Part shown: positions 1 to 12,741 of the stretch, piece after piece
How the letters are laid out: every line of letters begins with the position of its first letter
Numbering within the stretch: position 1 is the first letter of the stretch
Source: an uncultured Solirubrobacterales bacterium
GTDB taxonomy: Bacteria; Actinomycetota; Thermoleophilia; Solirubrobacterales; Solirubrobacteraceae
DNA length: 64,000 nucleotides
Assembly (NCBI GenBank): GCA_963767695.1
Contig: CAVYFE010000010.1
Location: 71,872 to 135,871 of the forward strand
Direction: 5' to 3'
Made by a program: the position numbers and the translations under genes
The notes under the pieces: model-generated
Told to the model about the DNA's origin: nothing
What the model saw: only the letters and a program-made list of their open reading frames with translations
Database searches by the model: none

Positions 1-798
1 CAGATCACGCCGCTGACGGCGCAGCGGCGGAAGGTACGCGCCAAGTCGCCGAGCGCGCTGTGCGGCCGTCCCGGTGCGAACCGGATTGACGCCGGTCAGC
101 GCCTCATAGGTCATCAGCGCGAGCGAGTAGAGGTCGGCCGGCGCTCCCACCTCCAGCCCCTCCGCCTGCTCGGGCGCCATGTACGCCGCGGTGCCCACGA
201 CGTCGCCCGTGCGCGTCAGCGACCTGCCCCCGATCACCCGCGCTACGCCGAAGTCGGTCAGCTTCGCGAGCTGCGTCGGGCTGGCCGGGTGATCCGGGAT
301 CAGCACGTTCGACGGCTTGACGTCGCGGTGCACGACCCCCTGGGCGTGCGCGTGGAGGAGTGCGTCGCACAGGGGGATCGCGATCCGCACGATGTCGCGG
401 TCGGACAGTCTGCCCGCGTCGAGCAGATCGTCGAGCGTCTCGCCGCGGACCAGCTCGGAGACCAGGTAAGCGCCCTCGTCATCGACCGCCGCCTCATACA
501 GAGTCACGATCCCCGGATGCGAGAGCCGGGCCGCCGCGCGCGCCTCGCGCTCGAAGCGGCCGCCGAGCACGCGTTCGCGGGGCACGATCTTGACTGCGAC
601 GTCGCGTTCGAGTCGTTCGTCGCGCGCCATCCAAACGGTCCCGAAGCCGCCGGCGCCGAGGCGGCGGTGAAGTCGATATCGGCCCAGAACCACGGAGATC
701 TCGTCCCGCCCGCCCCCGCCCCGTCGGGTCGCCGTGGCCGCGGTGGGCGTTTCGCCGGTCGAGGAGAGCCGCGCGGTGGGCAGCTGGCTCGCGCTCAT
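1..798 (-). CDS. Hanks-type Ser/Thr protein kinase (runs off the window start)
   Basis: Manual translation of a minus frame missing from the ORF track: LGAGGFGTVW, VAVK, HRDVKPSN, DFGVAR, GTAAYMAPEQ; ATG at 798. Confidence 0.92.
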   Translation of the reverse strand, partial: MSASQLPTARLSSTGETPTAATATRRGGGGRDEISVVLGRYRLHRRLGAGGFGTVWMARDERLERDVAVKIVPRERVLGGRFEREARAAARLSHPGIVTLYEAAVDDEGAYLVSELVRGETLDDLLDAGRLSDRDIVRIAIPLCDALLHAHAQGVVHRDVKPSNVLIPDHPASPTQLAKLTDFGVARVIGGRSLTRTGDVVGTAAYMAPEQAEGLEVGAPADLYSLALMTYEALTGVNPVRTGTAAQRARRLGAYLPPLRRQRRDL

Positions 799-916
799 CG
801 CTCGCCTTTTCCACGTCGCGGTGCGGGTCCCTGCGAGATCACGTCGCGGTGAGCCGAGCTTCCAGCCGTGCAGGCGTTCATACTGACGCTTTCACAACCC
901 CGCAAGGAGCGATCAG

Positions 917-2017
917 TTGTCGTTCTTCGACGAGGCAGACGAGCCTCGCACGGCGACGCGAACAGCCCCGCGTAGACGCCGTTCTTCGCGCAGCGGCCGC
1001 CGCCCCCCCAGCGATCAGCAGGCGATTCAGATTCGGCGGGCCGTGGCCGCCGCCGTGCTCCTGGTGGCCCTGATCCTGATCGTGCTCGGCGTCCACAGCT
1101 GCCAGGTCAGCGCACGCAACAGCTCGCTGAAGGACTACACCAACAGCGCCTCGTCGCTGATCCAGCAGTCCAATCAGACCGGTAAGGGCTTCTTCTCGCT
1201 GCTCTCAACCGCGGCCGCCGGCAATGTCAGCGGCCTTCAGAACTCGATCAATCAGGTCCGCGCCTGCGCCGCGGCCCAGCTCAAGGACGCCCATTCACTG
1301 AGCGTGCCCGACGAGATGAAGCGGGCGCAGACCAATCTGCTGCTGACCCTGCAGATGCGCAGCGACGCAATCTCCAACATCGCGACCGAGTTCCAGCCAG
1401 CCCTCGGAACTGCGACCAGCAAGGATGCGATCAATGCGATCGCCGCCCAGATGGCGCGCCTGTACGCCTCCGATGTCGTCTACAAGGACTACACCACGCC
1501 GCTGATCGCGAGCGCCCTCCATTCGGCGGGGATCGCGGTGGGCGGCGCCAACGGCGAGTTGATTGCCAGCGGCCAGTTCGTGCCCGACCTGGGCTGGCTG
1601 AGCCCGACGTTCGTCGCCACCAGGCTCGGCGCCAAGGCGCCGGCGTCAAGCGGCAAGATCGCGCCCGGGCTCCACGGCCATGAGCTCAATTCGGTCAGTG
1701 TCGCCGGCACCACGCTGCAGACCGGGTCCCCGAACACGATTCCGGCCAGCCCGGCGCCGACGTTCACGCTCAATTTCACCAATGACGGCCAGAACACCGA
1801 GACGAACGTCATCTGCAAGGTGTCGGTCAGCGGGACGAGCGACAGCGGCCAGAAGGTCATCGCCCAGACGACCGCCGGGGAGACGACTTCGTGTCAGGTG
1901 ACGCTCGCGTCGCCGCCCAGCCCCGGGACCGACACCGTGAACGCGACGGTCGAGCCGGTCCCGGGCGAGAAGAACACCACGAACAACACGATGTCGTTCC
2001 CGGTGACCTTCCAGTAG
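917..2017 (+). CDS. Membrane-anchored hypothetical protein with probable C-terminal Ig-like domain
   Basis: 366 aa; basic N-terminus, one hydrophobic helix (AVAAAVLLVALILIVLGV), Thr/Ser-rich beta-type C-terminus. Confidence 0.7.
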   Translation: MSFFDEADEPRTATRTAPRRRRSSRSGRRPPSDQQAIQIRRAVAAAVLLVALILIVLGVHSCQVSARNSSLKDYTNSASSLIQQSNQTGKGFFSLLSTAAAGNVSGLQNSINQVRACAAAQLKDAHSLSVPDEMKRAQTNLLLTLQMRSDAISNIATEFQPALGTATSKDAINAIAAQMARLYASDVVYKDYTTPLIASALHSAGIAVGGANGELIASGQFVPDLGWLSPTFVATRLGAKAPASSGKIAPGLHGHELNSVSVAGTTLQTGSPNTIPASPAPTFTLNFTNDGQNTETNVICKVSVSGTSDSGQKVIAQTTAGETTSCQVTLASPPSPGTDTVNATVEPVPGEKNTTNNTMSFPVTFQ

Positions 2018-2033
2018 GCACCGCGGGGCGCGC

Positions 2034-2146
2034 GGGGGTCGTGGCCGGCGGGGTCGGCGGCCGTGGCCGGCGGGGTCGGCGGGGGTCGTGGCCGGGGGGG
2101 CGGTCGGCGGCCGTGGCCGGGGGGCGGTCGGGGGTCGTGGCCGGCG
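2034..2146 (+). repeat. G-rich imperfect tandem repeat, 22-25 bp period
   Basis: Core GTGGCCGG at 2041, 2063, 2088, 2113, 2137, separated by G-runs. Confidence 0.85.
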
Positions 2147-2250
2147 CCGGCGTCGGTGCGCAGGGCCGTCCCGGTGGCCGTGGCTGGGCGCGGCCGCCAG
2201 GGGCAGGCCGGACCCGCGGCGCCACCGGGGATCCGCCTATTCTTTCGCGG

Positions 2251-2769
2251 GTGCACAACCTGACCAGCACGGCTGGGATCGTCGCGATCGCCGCTGGAGC
2301 GGTCGCCGTGATCTCGCTGCTGACGAGCATCGTCCTGGCGATCAGGCTGCGCCGGATCCGTGCTGACCAGCGGACCGTGCTCGGCGACCGCCGTCAGGAC
2401 CTCGTCGCCCACGCGGCTGCATTGCAATCGCAGTTCGAGGCGCTGTCGGATTACGTCGAGGACGCCGCCGGGCGGCTCGACGACCGCGTGGGGGCGACCG
2501 AGCATCGGCTCGACGGGGCAATGGCCTACCGGGCGCTGGTTCGCTACGACGCCTACGGCGAGATGTCCGGTCGCCAATCGACATCGATCGCGATCCTCGA
2601 CGCCACCCGCTCCGGCGTGGTCCTCTCCTCGATCCACCACCGCGATCAGGCCCGGGTGTATGCCAAGGAGGTCCGCAACGGCAAGCCCGAGCTCGAGCTC
2701 TCACCCGAGGAGGACGAGGCGATCCGGCTCGCGCTGGAAGGGGACGGCCGCCCGCCGCCGGCGAGATAG
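2251..2769 (+). CDS. DUF4446-family membrane protein
   Basis: N-terminal TM helix, coiled coil, LVRYDAYGEMSGRQSTSIAILD...GVVLSSIHHRDQARVYAKEV...LSPEE; GTG start. Confidence 0.8.
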   Translation: MHNLTSTAGIVAIAAGAVAVISLLTSIVLAIRLRRIRADQRTVLGDRRQDLVAHAAALQSQFEALSDYVEDAAGRLDDRVGATEHRLDGAMAYRALVRYDAYGEMSGRQSTSIAILDATRSGVVLSSIHHRDQARVYAKEVRNGKPELELSPEEDEAIRLALEGDGRPPPAR

Positions 2770-2779
2770 CGCCCCTGCG

Positions 2780-3679
2780 TTGTCCCCGATCCGCGCCGGC
2801 TACCTCGGTCCCGAGGGCACCTTCACCCAGGAGGCGCTGCTCGATGCCGCCGGTACGGCGGAGTTCGAGCTCGTCTCGTTTCCCACCATCTACGACACGG
2901 TGATGGCGGTTCACGACCGCTCCGTCGAGCGGGCTCTGGTCCCGATCGAGAACTCGCTCGAGGGGTCGGTCAACGCGACCCTCGACGCCCTGGCGATGGA
3001 GACCGAGGACGTGGCGATCCTCGGCGAGCTCGTGCACCCGATCCGCCAGTGCCTGATCGCGCGCAGCGAGCTGGAGCTCGGCGACATCGAGGTGGTGGTC
3101 TCCCATCCCCAGGCGAACGCGCAGTGCGGACGGTTCATCCGCACTCGCCTCGCCGCGGCGACCGTCCTCTCCGGCAGCTCGACCGCCGACGCGGTGAGGA
3201 TGGTGGCCGAGCACGAAGGGCCGTGGGCGGCGATCGGGACGCGGCTGGCCGCTGAGCGCTATGGCTGCCGCGTACTGCGCGCCGGCATCGAGGACGTGGC
3301 CGATAACGAGACGCGGTTCGTGTGGCTCGGGCCGGTCGGCGCGGTGCCCGGCGGGCCGGGTGCTCGAACCCGACTAGCTGGCCACGCCGATCCACCGGGC
3401 CACATCCGTCCACTCGGTCCCTGGAAAACCGCGATCGTGTTCTGGGGTATCGGGTCCGAAGCGCCGGGATGGCTGGTCAGCTGTCTCTCGGAATTCGCGG
3501 CCCGGCAAGTCAACCTGACCCGCATCGAGTCGCGCCCGCGCAAGCAGGGGCTTGGGCGCTATATGTTCTTCGCCGATCTGGAGGGCCGAGACGCAGAACC
3601 CCACGTCGCCGAGGCCCTTGAAGGGCTGCGCCAGCACGTTGAAGTACTCCGCGTCCTGGGCTCGTTTCCGACCGGTTAA
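2780..3679 (+). CDS. pheA: Prephenate dehydratase with ACT domain
   Basis: YLGPEGTFTQEA, VPIENSLEGSV, SHPQA, NETRF, NLTRIESRP; TTG start inferred. Confidence 0.93.
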   Translation: MSPIRAGYLGPEGTFTQEALLDAAGTAEFELVSFPTIYDTVMAVHDRSVERALVPIENSLEGSVNATLDALAMETEDVAILGELVHPIRQCLIARSELELGDIEVVVSHPQANAQCGRFIRTRLAAATVLSGSSTADAVRMVAEHEGPWAAIGTRLAAERYGCRVLRAGIEDVADNETRFVWLGPVGAVPGGPGARTRLAGHADPPGHIRPLGPWKTAIVFWGIGSEAPGWLVSCLSEFAARQVNLTRIESRPRKQGLGRYMFFADLEGRDAEPHVAEALEGLRQHVEVLRVLGSFPTG

Positions 3680-3722
3680 CGGCGATTGGCACGGCTGGAC
3701 CCATCGGTACACTGGCGCCATC

Positions 3723-4289
3723 ATGGCCACTTCAGTACCAGCGCCAGTGTGGTCCGCGCCGCCTTCAGAGCACCAGCGGCGCGGGCGAGAGGTTGGCCGG
3801 GTGCTCGTCTTAAACGCGACCTACGAACCGATCAACGTGTGCACGGTTCGCAGAGCCGTCGTACTGCTGCTGAAGGACAAGGCCGAGATGGTCGAGCGCG
3901 CCGAGCTCGAGCTTCACTCCGCCACGTGCACGATCGCCCGCCCGGTCGTGATCCGGCTCGTCAGCTACGTGCGGATCCCCCGCGACACCCATCGCCGCAA
4001 GATCACCAGGCGCGCGGTCTTCGCCCGCGATGACTGGACGTGCCAGTACTGCGGGTCGCGCTCGAATCTCACCGTCGACCACGTCGTTCCGCGCTCCAAG
4101 GGGGGCACCTCCAACTGGGAGAACATCGTCGCCTCATGCGCGCCCTGCAATCGCCGTAAGGGCAACGCGCTGCCGCACCACGCCGGGATGCGACTGCGCA
4201 AGCAGCCCCGGACGCCCAGCCCGCACGTGTTCATCCGAGTCGCGAGCCCGACGATTCCGACGGTCTGGCGTCAGTACCTGGCGGCCTGA
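3723..4289 (+). CDS. HNH endonuclease (conserved actinobacterial McrA-like type)
   Basis: VLVLNATYEP, RDDWTCQYCG, TVDHVVPRSKGG, NIVASCAPCNRRKG. Confidence 0.9.
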   Translation: MATSVPAPVWSAPPSEHQRRGREVGRVLVLNATYEPINVCTVRRAVVLLLKDKAEMVERAELELHSATCTIARPVVIRLVSYVRIPRDTHRRKITRRAVFARDDWTCQYCGSRSNLTVDHVVPRSKGGTSNWENIVASCAPCNRRKGNALPHHAGMRLRKQPRTPSPHVFIRVASPTIPTVWRQYLAA

Positions 4290-4326
4290 GGCACCGCCGG
4301 CAGCGGACGAAGGCCGGCCGGGGCGA

Positions 4327-4372
4327 GAACCCCACCGGGCGCGCCCCCGCAGGGCGCGCCCCGATGGGGTTC
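4327..4372. terminator. GC-rich hairpin between convergent genes (probable bidirectional terminator)
   Basis: GAACCCCA..GGGCGCGCCC-ccgca-GGGCGCGCCC..TGGGGTTC. Confidence 0.65.
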
Positions 4373-4384
4373 CTCAGGAGGTAA

Positions 4385-4654
4385 CTAAGCCGCGAATCGC
4401 TGGGCTGACCTCGCCCGGGCCTTGGCCGCCTCGGCCTCGCGATCCTTCGGTGGCGCGGAGGTCTGCAGGTCGTGGAGCAATTGCGTCGAGGCCGCGGCGA
4501 CGGCGTCGATCGCTCGTTCGAACGCCTCGGCGTTCGAACGGGAGGGCTTGCTGAAGCCGCTGATCTTTCGCACGTACTGCACGGCAGCGGCCCGCACCTC
4601 TTCGTCGCTCGCCGGGGGATCGAAGTTGTAGAGGGTTCGGATGTTTCGGCACAT
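4385..4654 (-). CDS. DUF2277-family small protein
   Basis: MCRNIRTLYNFDPPASDEEVRAAAVQYVRKISGF. Confidence 0.85.
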   Translation of the reverse strand: MCRNIRTLYNFDPPASDEEVRAAAVQYVRKISGFSKPSRSNAEAFERAIDAVAAASTQLLHDLQTSAPPKDREAEAAKARARSAQRFAA

Positions 4655-4699
4655 ACGCCAAGAGTAGAGATGTGGCGACGCATGCTCCTCAAAACGCAC

Positions 4700-4728
4700 G
4701 AAGGGCGCCGTCGACGCCGGCGCCCTTC
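4700..4728 (-). terminator. Intrinsic terminator-like hairpin
   Basis: Perfect 11-bp stem GAAGGGCGCCG/CGGCGCCCTTC, 7-nt loop, followed by GTGCGTTTT on the minus strand. Confidence 0.7.
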
Positions 4729-4729
4729 G

Positions 4730-4917
4730 CAGACTTCCTTTGGCTACCTATACCGGGTGGACTTGCTCAAAGCCGGAGGGACCAATCCCGGCGCCCACCG
4801 CGGCGGTGTCGCGGGGGGACTCCGCTAAGCGGGGTCAGCCTCCGACCTAGCGGCCGGACACCTCCAGGGTCCCGCAATAACTGTCAGACAAGCTCGGACC
4901 ACCTCCTTTCTCTGGTA
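4730..4917 (-). ncRNA. Candidate structured small RNA, possibly carrying a 14-codon ORF (4847..4891)
   Basis: TATCCT -10-like box at 4924-4929, nested long-range helices, extended SD AGAAAGGAGGTG, terminator downstream. Confidence 0.4.
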
Positions 4918-4952
4918 GGCGGGAGGATAGCGAAGCGCGGAGACGCGCTCAG

Positions 4953-7448
4953 CTATCCGTCGGGCTCGTCATCGAGCACCGCTGCGGCCGTCGCGGCCTC
5001 GGACTCAACCACCAGCGCCACGGCGCTGACCTGATCGTCGTCGCGGATGTTCATCACGCGGACGCCCTGTGAGGCGCGGCCATAGCGGTTGATTCCGCGC
5101 ACCGAGGTCCGCTGCACCATTCCGTTCTGCGAGATGAACACGAGCTCCTGATGCTCGCGCACGACGAGCGCGCCGGCGAGCTGGCCCTTGTTCTCGGTCA
5201 GCGTGATCGTCTTGACGCCCATCGTCCCACGACCCTTCACGGGGTAGTCCGGGATCGGGGTGCGCTTCCCGTACCCGTTCTCGGTCACCACCAGCAGCTC
5301 CTGGTCGTCGCGAGCGACGTCCATCGCCAGCACCGAGTTGCCCTTCTGCGACACGTTCATACCCCGCACACCGCTCGTATCGCGTCCCATCGCGCGGACC
5401 TGGCTCTCGCTGAACCGCGCGGCCTGTCCCGAACGCGAAACCATGATCACGTCGTCGTGGCCGCTGGTTCGGCGGACCGCGATCAGCTCGTCGTCGTCAT
5501 GGATGTTGATCGCGATGATCCCGTCGGCCTTGATCGGAGTGTTGTAGGCGCCGAACTCGGTCTTCTTGATCATCCCCTGCCGGGTCGCGAACACCAGGTA
5601 CTGGCCTTCGTTGAAGTCCCGCGTGGAGAGGACCGACTGGACCCGCTCGCCCTCACGCAGCGGCAACAGGTTGACGAGCGCACGGCCCCGCGCGGTTCGT
5701 GACGCCTCGGGCAGCTCGTAGACCTTGAGGCGGTAGACCTTGCCTCGGTTGGTGAAGAACAAGAGGTAGTCGTGTGTGGAGGAGACAAACAGGTGCTCGA
5801 TGTAGTCGTCGTCCTTCATCTCCATCCCGGTCACGCCGATCCCGCCGCGACGCTGCTGGCGGTAAGTCGACAGCGGCAGTGACTTGATGTAGCCCGAGTG
5901 GGTGATCGAGATCACCATCTGCTGGTCGGCGATCAGGTCCTCGATGTCAATCTCGCCCTCGGCGTGCGTGATCTCGGTCCGCCGCTCGTCCCCGTAGGTG
6001 CTGGCGATCTCCGTGAGCTCGTCCTTGATCAGCCCGCTGACCCGGCTCTCGTCGCCAAGAATCTCGCGCAGCTCCGTGATCCGCTCCATCAGATCGGCGT
6101 GCTCCTGCTTGATCTTGTCGGCCTCGAGCGCGGTCAGCCGGCTGAGGGTCAACTGCAGGACCGCCTGCGCCTGGACCACCGTCAGCTCGAACCGCTCGAC
6201 GAGACCCTTGCGCGCCGTCTCCGGGTCGCGCGAGCCGCGGATCAGCGCGATCACCTCGTCGAGGCTGTCGAGCGCGATCAGCAGTCCCTCGAGCACGTGC
6301 GCCCGCTCCTCCGCCCGGCGCAGCTCGTACTTGGTGCGGCGGATGATGACTTCGCGCTGGTGATCGACGTAGTGGCCGATCACCTCGCGCAGCGACAGGG
6401 TCCGCGGCACGTTGTCGACGAGCGCAATCATGTTGACGCCGAACGTGGTCTGCAGGGGGGTGTGCTTGTAGAGCTTGTTGAGCACGACCTTGGGAATCGC
6501 GTCGCGCTTGAGCTCGATCACGATCCGGATGCCGTGGCGGTCGGACTCGTTGCGGAGATCGCTGATCTCGGGCAGCTTCTTCTGCTCGTGCAGCTCCTTG
6601 ATCTTCAGGATCAGGCCGCCTTCGCCGTCCCGGCGCACCTGGTAGGGCAGCTCGGTGACGATGATCGCCTCTTTGCCTTGCCCGATCGGCTCGATGTGCG
6701 CCCTGCCCTGCACACGCACCCGGCCGCGCCCGGTCTCATAGGCATCCCGAATGCCGTCCCGACCGAGGATGATCCCCGCCGTCGGGAAATCTGGGCCCTT
6801 GATGTGCTTCATCAGGCCATCGACGTCGATGTTCGGATTGTCGATATAGGCGACCGTCGCGCCGATCACTTCACGCAGGTTGTGCGGCGGAATGTTCGTG
6901 GCCATCCCCACCGCGATCCCCGACCCGCCGTTGACGAGCAGGTTCGGGAACCGCGACGGCAGCACGATCGGCTCCTGGCGAGTGCCGTCGTAGGTCGGCG
7001 TGAAGTCGACCGTGTCCTGGTCGAGGTCGCGCAGCATCTCGGTCGCGAGGCGGTCGAGGCGCGCCTCGGTGTAGCGCATGGCAGCTGCCGAGTACCCGTC
7101 GATGTTGCCGAAGTTGCCGTGACCGTCGACGAGCGGGTAGCGCATCGAGAAGTCCTGCGCGAGCCGCACCAGCGTGTCGTAGATCGCGCTGTCGCCATGG
7201 GGGTGGTACTTGCCCATCACCTCGCCGACGATCTGCGCGCACTTCACGTGCTTGCGGTTCGGCTGCAGGCCGAGCTCGTTCATGACGTACAGCACGCGGC
7301 GGTGGACCGGCTTCAGTCCGTCGCGGACGTCGGGCAGCGCACGCCCGACGATGACCGACATCGCGTAGTCGAGATACGCCGAGCGCATCTCCTCCTCGAG
7401 CCCACGGGGCTCGATGTTGCCGCCGCCGATTGTGTCGATCGCAGACAT
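4953..7448 (-). CDS. gyrA: DNA gyrase subunit A
   Basis: [25 protein letters not shown], GyrA-box QRRGGIG. Confidence 0.99.
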   Translation of the reverse strand: MSAIDTIGGGNIEPRGLEEEMRSAYLDYAMSVIVGRALPDVRDGLKPVHRRVLYVMNELGLQPNRKHVKCAQIVGEVMGKYHPHGDSAIYDTLVRLAQDFSMRYPLVDGHGNFGNIDGYSAAAMRYTEARLDRLATEMLRDLDQDTVDFTPTYDGTRQEPIVLPSRFPNLLVNGGSGIAVGMATNIPPHNLREVIGATVAYIDNPNIDVDGLMKHIKGPDFPTAGIILGRDGIRDAYETGRGRVRVQGRAHIEPIGQGKEAIIVTELPYQVRRDGEGGLILKIKELHEQKKLPEISDLRNESDRHGIRIVIELKRDAIPKVVLNKLYKHTPLQTTFGVNMIALVDNVPRTLSLREVIGHYVDHQREVIIRRTKYELRRAEERAHVLEGLLIALDSLDEVIALIRGSRDPETARKGLVERFELTVVQAQAVLQLTLSRLTALEADKIKQEHADLMERITELREILGDESRVSGLIKDELTEIASTYGDERRTEITHAEGEIDIEDLIADQQMVISITHSGYIKSLPLSTYRQQRRGGIGVTGMEMKDDDYIEHLFVSSTHDYLLFFTNRGKVYRLKVYELPEASRTARGRALVNLLPLREGERVQSVLSTRDFNEGQYLVFATRQGMIKKTEFGAYNTPIKADGIIAINIHDDDELIAVRRTSGHDDVIMVSRSGQAARFSESQVRAMGRDTSGVRGMNVSQKGNSVLAMDVARDDQELLVVTENGYGKRTPIPDYPVKGRGTMGVKTITLTENKGQLAGALVVREHQELVFISQNGMVQRTSVRGINRYGRASQGVRVMNIRDDDQVSAVALVVESEAATAAAVLDDEPDG

Positions 7449-7458
7449 CCTCGCTGCC

Positions 7459-10113
<2,655 letters not shown>

Positions 10114-10410
10114 TTACACCGCCACGCACCGCAGCCGCTCGATTCGCCCGTCGCTCAGCCGCGCGTTCAGGCGACCCAGGATCGCCGGCGCCATCAGGTC
10201 GAGCTCCTGCGCCCACACCGCCGCCGAGCACGACACCGTGAGCACGCCGCCGCGCTCGGCGGTTGGGGTCGCCTCGCCGGCGATCGCCGCGCCGACCACG
10301 TCCGGCCAGACCCGCTGGACATCGGCGAGCAGCGTCTCGGGGGCAAGGTCGTCCCGCAACGCCTCCAGCGCTAACGTCATCGAACGGGGGGCGCCGCGGT
10401 AGCGGGTCAA
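10114..10410 (-). CDS. DUF721/DciA-family protein
   Basis: WPDVVGAAIA...GVLTVSCSAAVWAQEL; lies between recF and gyrB. Confidence 0.85.
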   Translation of the reverse strand: MTRYRGAPRSMTLALEALRDDLAPETLLADVQRVWPDVVGAAIAGEATPTAERGGVLTVSCSAAVWAQELDLMAPAILGRLNARLSDGRIERLRCVAV

Positions 10411-11513
10411 GCGACCAGCGCCTCCTTCAGCAGCCGGCCACTCGAGACTTCGATTCGGCTGACATCCGGCGCGTCGGCGCCCGGCACATGCTCCAGATCG
10501 GTGCTGGTGATGATCGATTGCCCGCCGCAGCTGCGCAGCAGCTCGACCAGCGCCTCGCGGCGATCGCGGTCGAGCTCGCTCATCACATCGTCGAGCAGCA
10601 TCAGCGGGGGCGAGCCGCGGGCGGTCGCAATCGCCTCGCGCTCGGCGAGCAACAGCGCCAGCAGCGCGAGCCGCTGCTGTCCCTGGGAGCCATAGGTCCG
10701 CAGATCGCGGCCCTCCCGGAGTGTCGCGAGTTCGTCGCGGTGCGGACCGTGGCCGCTGAATCCCCGTTCGAGATCGCTGTCGTGTCGGTCAGCCAGCTCG
10801 GCGGCGAGCTCCTCGACCCCGGTGGCGCGCGAGCGAGGTCGGTATTGCACCGCGGGCGCGCCGTCGAGCCCCAGGGTCGAGGCCAAGCGCGAGAACGAGC
10901 CGCTCACGCGCTCGAGCGCCGCCGCACGATCGTTCATCAACGCGATTGCATGCTGTGCGAGCTGCTGATCCCAGGCGGCGAGCGACTCTCGCGCGGAGCC
11001 ATGCGAGCGGATGCGGGCGATCAGCGCGTTTCGTTGCGCCAGTGTCTGGGCGTAGGCTCGGCGGGTTACGCTCCGCGACGGCCACAGCGCGGCGACGAAC
11101 TGGTCGAGGTGGGCGCGGCGCAAGCTCGGGGCGCCCTTGACCAGCTCGAGCCGGTCGGGCAGGAAGACACTCAGGAGCGGGCGCTCGCCGAGGTCCACCA
11201 GACTCTCGACCGTGGCGCCGTCGACGCGCATCCGCTTCGGCTGACCGGGGGTAAAGCCGACCGACAGCTCATGGAATCCGTCCTCGCCCTCAGCATCGAT
11301 CACGACGCGCGTCGTCGCGGCGCCGAACCGGACCAGTTCGCGCTCGTTGTTGGTGCGGCACGAGCGACCGGTACAACCGAAGTACACCGCCTCCAGCAGG
11401 TTGGTCTTGCCGGCGCCGTTGGGTCCCCACACCACGGTCACGCCGTCTCCGAGCGGGGCCCGCGCGTCTTCGTAGCCGCGGAACTCGCGGAGGCTGACGG
11501 CGGTGACGCGCAC
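10407..11513 (-). CDS. recF: DNA replication and repair protein RecF
   Basis: GPNGAGKTNLLEA, GPHRDEL, GSQGQQR, LLLDDVMSELD. Confidence 0.97.
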   Translation of the reverse strand: MRVTAVSLREFRGYEDARAPLGDGVTVVWGPNGAGKTNLLEAVYFGCTGRSCRTNNERELVRFGAATTRVVIDAEGEDGFHELSVGFTPGQPKRMRVDGATVESLVDLGERPLLSVFLPDRLELVKGAPSLRRAHLDQFVAALWPSRSVTRRAYAQTLAQRNALIARIRSHGSARESLAAWDQQLAQHAIALMNDRAAALERVSGSFSRLASTLGLDGAPAVQYRPRSRATGVEELAAELADRHDSDLERGFSGHGPHRDELATLREGRDLRTYGSQGQQRLALLALLLAEREAIATARGSPPLMLLDDVMSELDRDRREALVELLRSCGGQSIITSTDLEHVPGADAPDVSRIEVSSGRLLKEALVA

Positions 11514-11516
11514 GAC

Positions 11517-12626
11517 TTACACGTTCAGCCTGATCGGCATGATCAGGTACTTGAAGCCACTGTCGTCGGCTGACTCGATCAGACCGGGACGCAACGGGCT
11601 GATCAGCTTCAGCAGCACGTCGCCTTCGTCGATCGCCTCCAGCCCGTCGCGGAGAAAGTCGGGGTTGAAGCCGATCTCGAGCGGTTCCCCTTGGAAGGCG
11701 ACGGGCAGCGACTCCTCCGCTTCGCCGACGTCTGGAGTCTGCGCGGAGACACTCAGCTCGCCGGGCGTAAACGACAACCGCAGCGGGGCATTCTTCTGCG
11801 CCAGCAGGCTGATCCGGCGGACCACGTCGGTGAGCTCGGGCCCCCCGACCCGCAGCTCGTGCTCGAAGCTTTCCGGGAGCAGTTGCCGGTAGTTGGGGAA
11901 CTGCCCATCAATCAGCCGGGAGGACAGGATGACCCGGCCGAGCACGAACAAGACCTGGTTCTGGCGGACCGTCACCGTCACCTGGTCGTCGTCGGCGTGG
12001 GAGGCCACGCGCGCGAGCTCTTGCAGCGCGCGGGCGGGCACGTTGACCTCGAATCCGGAGGGGAGCGGCGCCTCGAGCGTCGTCTCCTTGACGCTCAACC
12101 GGTATGAGTCCGTAGCCACCATCCGTAGCTCGCGGTCCGAGACCGAGACGAGGATCCCGGTGAGCACGGGCCGGGTCTCATCGCGCGACGCCGACCCGGC
12201 GACCTTGAGCGCCGTCGACACGAACGCCTCCGATGGAAGCGATACCGCCGAGTCACCATCGGGCTCCGGGAACGGGGGGAAGTCCTCGGTGCGCAGCGTC
12301 CGGATATGGAACGTGGCCGAGCCCGAGACGAGCTCGACATCCTGCTCGGCGGGACGGACCTCCAGTGTGACCTGAGGGGAGGGCAGCGACCGGATCACGT
12401 CGAGAATCAGGCGCGCTGGCAGCACGACCACTCCCTCTCGGGTGACCTCGGCCTCGAGTGGGACCCGCAGGCCGACGTCCATATCGGTCGCGCGGAGCTC
12501 GCAAGCACCGGCAGATGCCGTGAGCTGAACCCCGGACAGCGCTTGGATGGCGCTCCGCGTCGATGCGACTCGGCTGACCGTCTGGAGCTGCCCAAGCAGG
12601 GCGTCTCGCTCGAGGGAGATCTTCAC
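11517..12626 (-). CDS. dnaN: DNA polymerase III beta clamp
   Basis: ATDMDV, RPVLTGIL, VATDSYRL, SRLIDGQFPNY, YLIMPIRL. Confidence 0.98.
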   Translation of the reverse strand: MKISLERDALLGQLQTVSRVASTRSAIQALSGVQLTASAGACELRATDMDVGLRVPLEAEVTREGVVVLPARLILDVIRSLPSPQVTLEVRPAEQDVELVSGSATFHIRTLRTEDFPPFPEPDGDSAVSLPSEAFVSTALKVAGSASRDETRPVLTGILVSVSDRELRMVATDSYRLSVKETTLEAPLPSGFEVNVPARALQELARVASHADDDQVTVTVRQNQVLFVLGRVILSSRLIDGQFPNYRQLLPESFEHELRVGGPELTDVVRRISLLAQKNAPLRLSFTPGELSVSAQTPDVGEAEESLPVAFQGEPLEIGFNPDFLRDGLEAIDEGDVLLKLISPLRPGLIESADDSGFKYLIMPIRLNV

Positions 12627-12741
12627 GATGAATACCTCAGCAGGAAGGTAGAAGTCATAGGGCGAATCGAAGCTGTGGAGAAGTACGTATTCATCCGCAA
12701 CGAGCGAGCAAGTTGTTGCTCTGGCAGGACAGACAAGTGTG
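12627..12741. other. Probable oriC unwinding region
   Basis: dnaA-dnaN gap. DnaA-box-like TTCTCCACA (minus, 12674-12682) and TCATCCGCA (plus, 12691-12699); GCCC then DnaA-trio-like TATGACTTCTACCTTC (minus, 12644-12663), resembling the B. subtilis box-GC-trio layout. Confidence 0.65.

Noticed and set aside
2034-2146. CRISPR or coding repeat
   Set aside because: Degenerate low-complexity units without unique spacers. The ORFs crossing it are Gly/Arg/Pro-rich shadows.
3723-4289. HNH protein as IscB/Cas9-like or mobile nuclease
   Set aside because: Short stand-alone HNH with no RuvC motifs, no flanking repeats and no transposon ends.
4896-4911. 16S rRNA fragment (GGACCACCTCCTTTCT)
   Set aside because: Similarity is limited to 16 nt. 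It is better read as an extended SD on the opposite strand.
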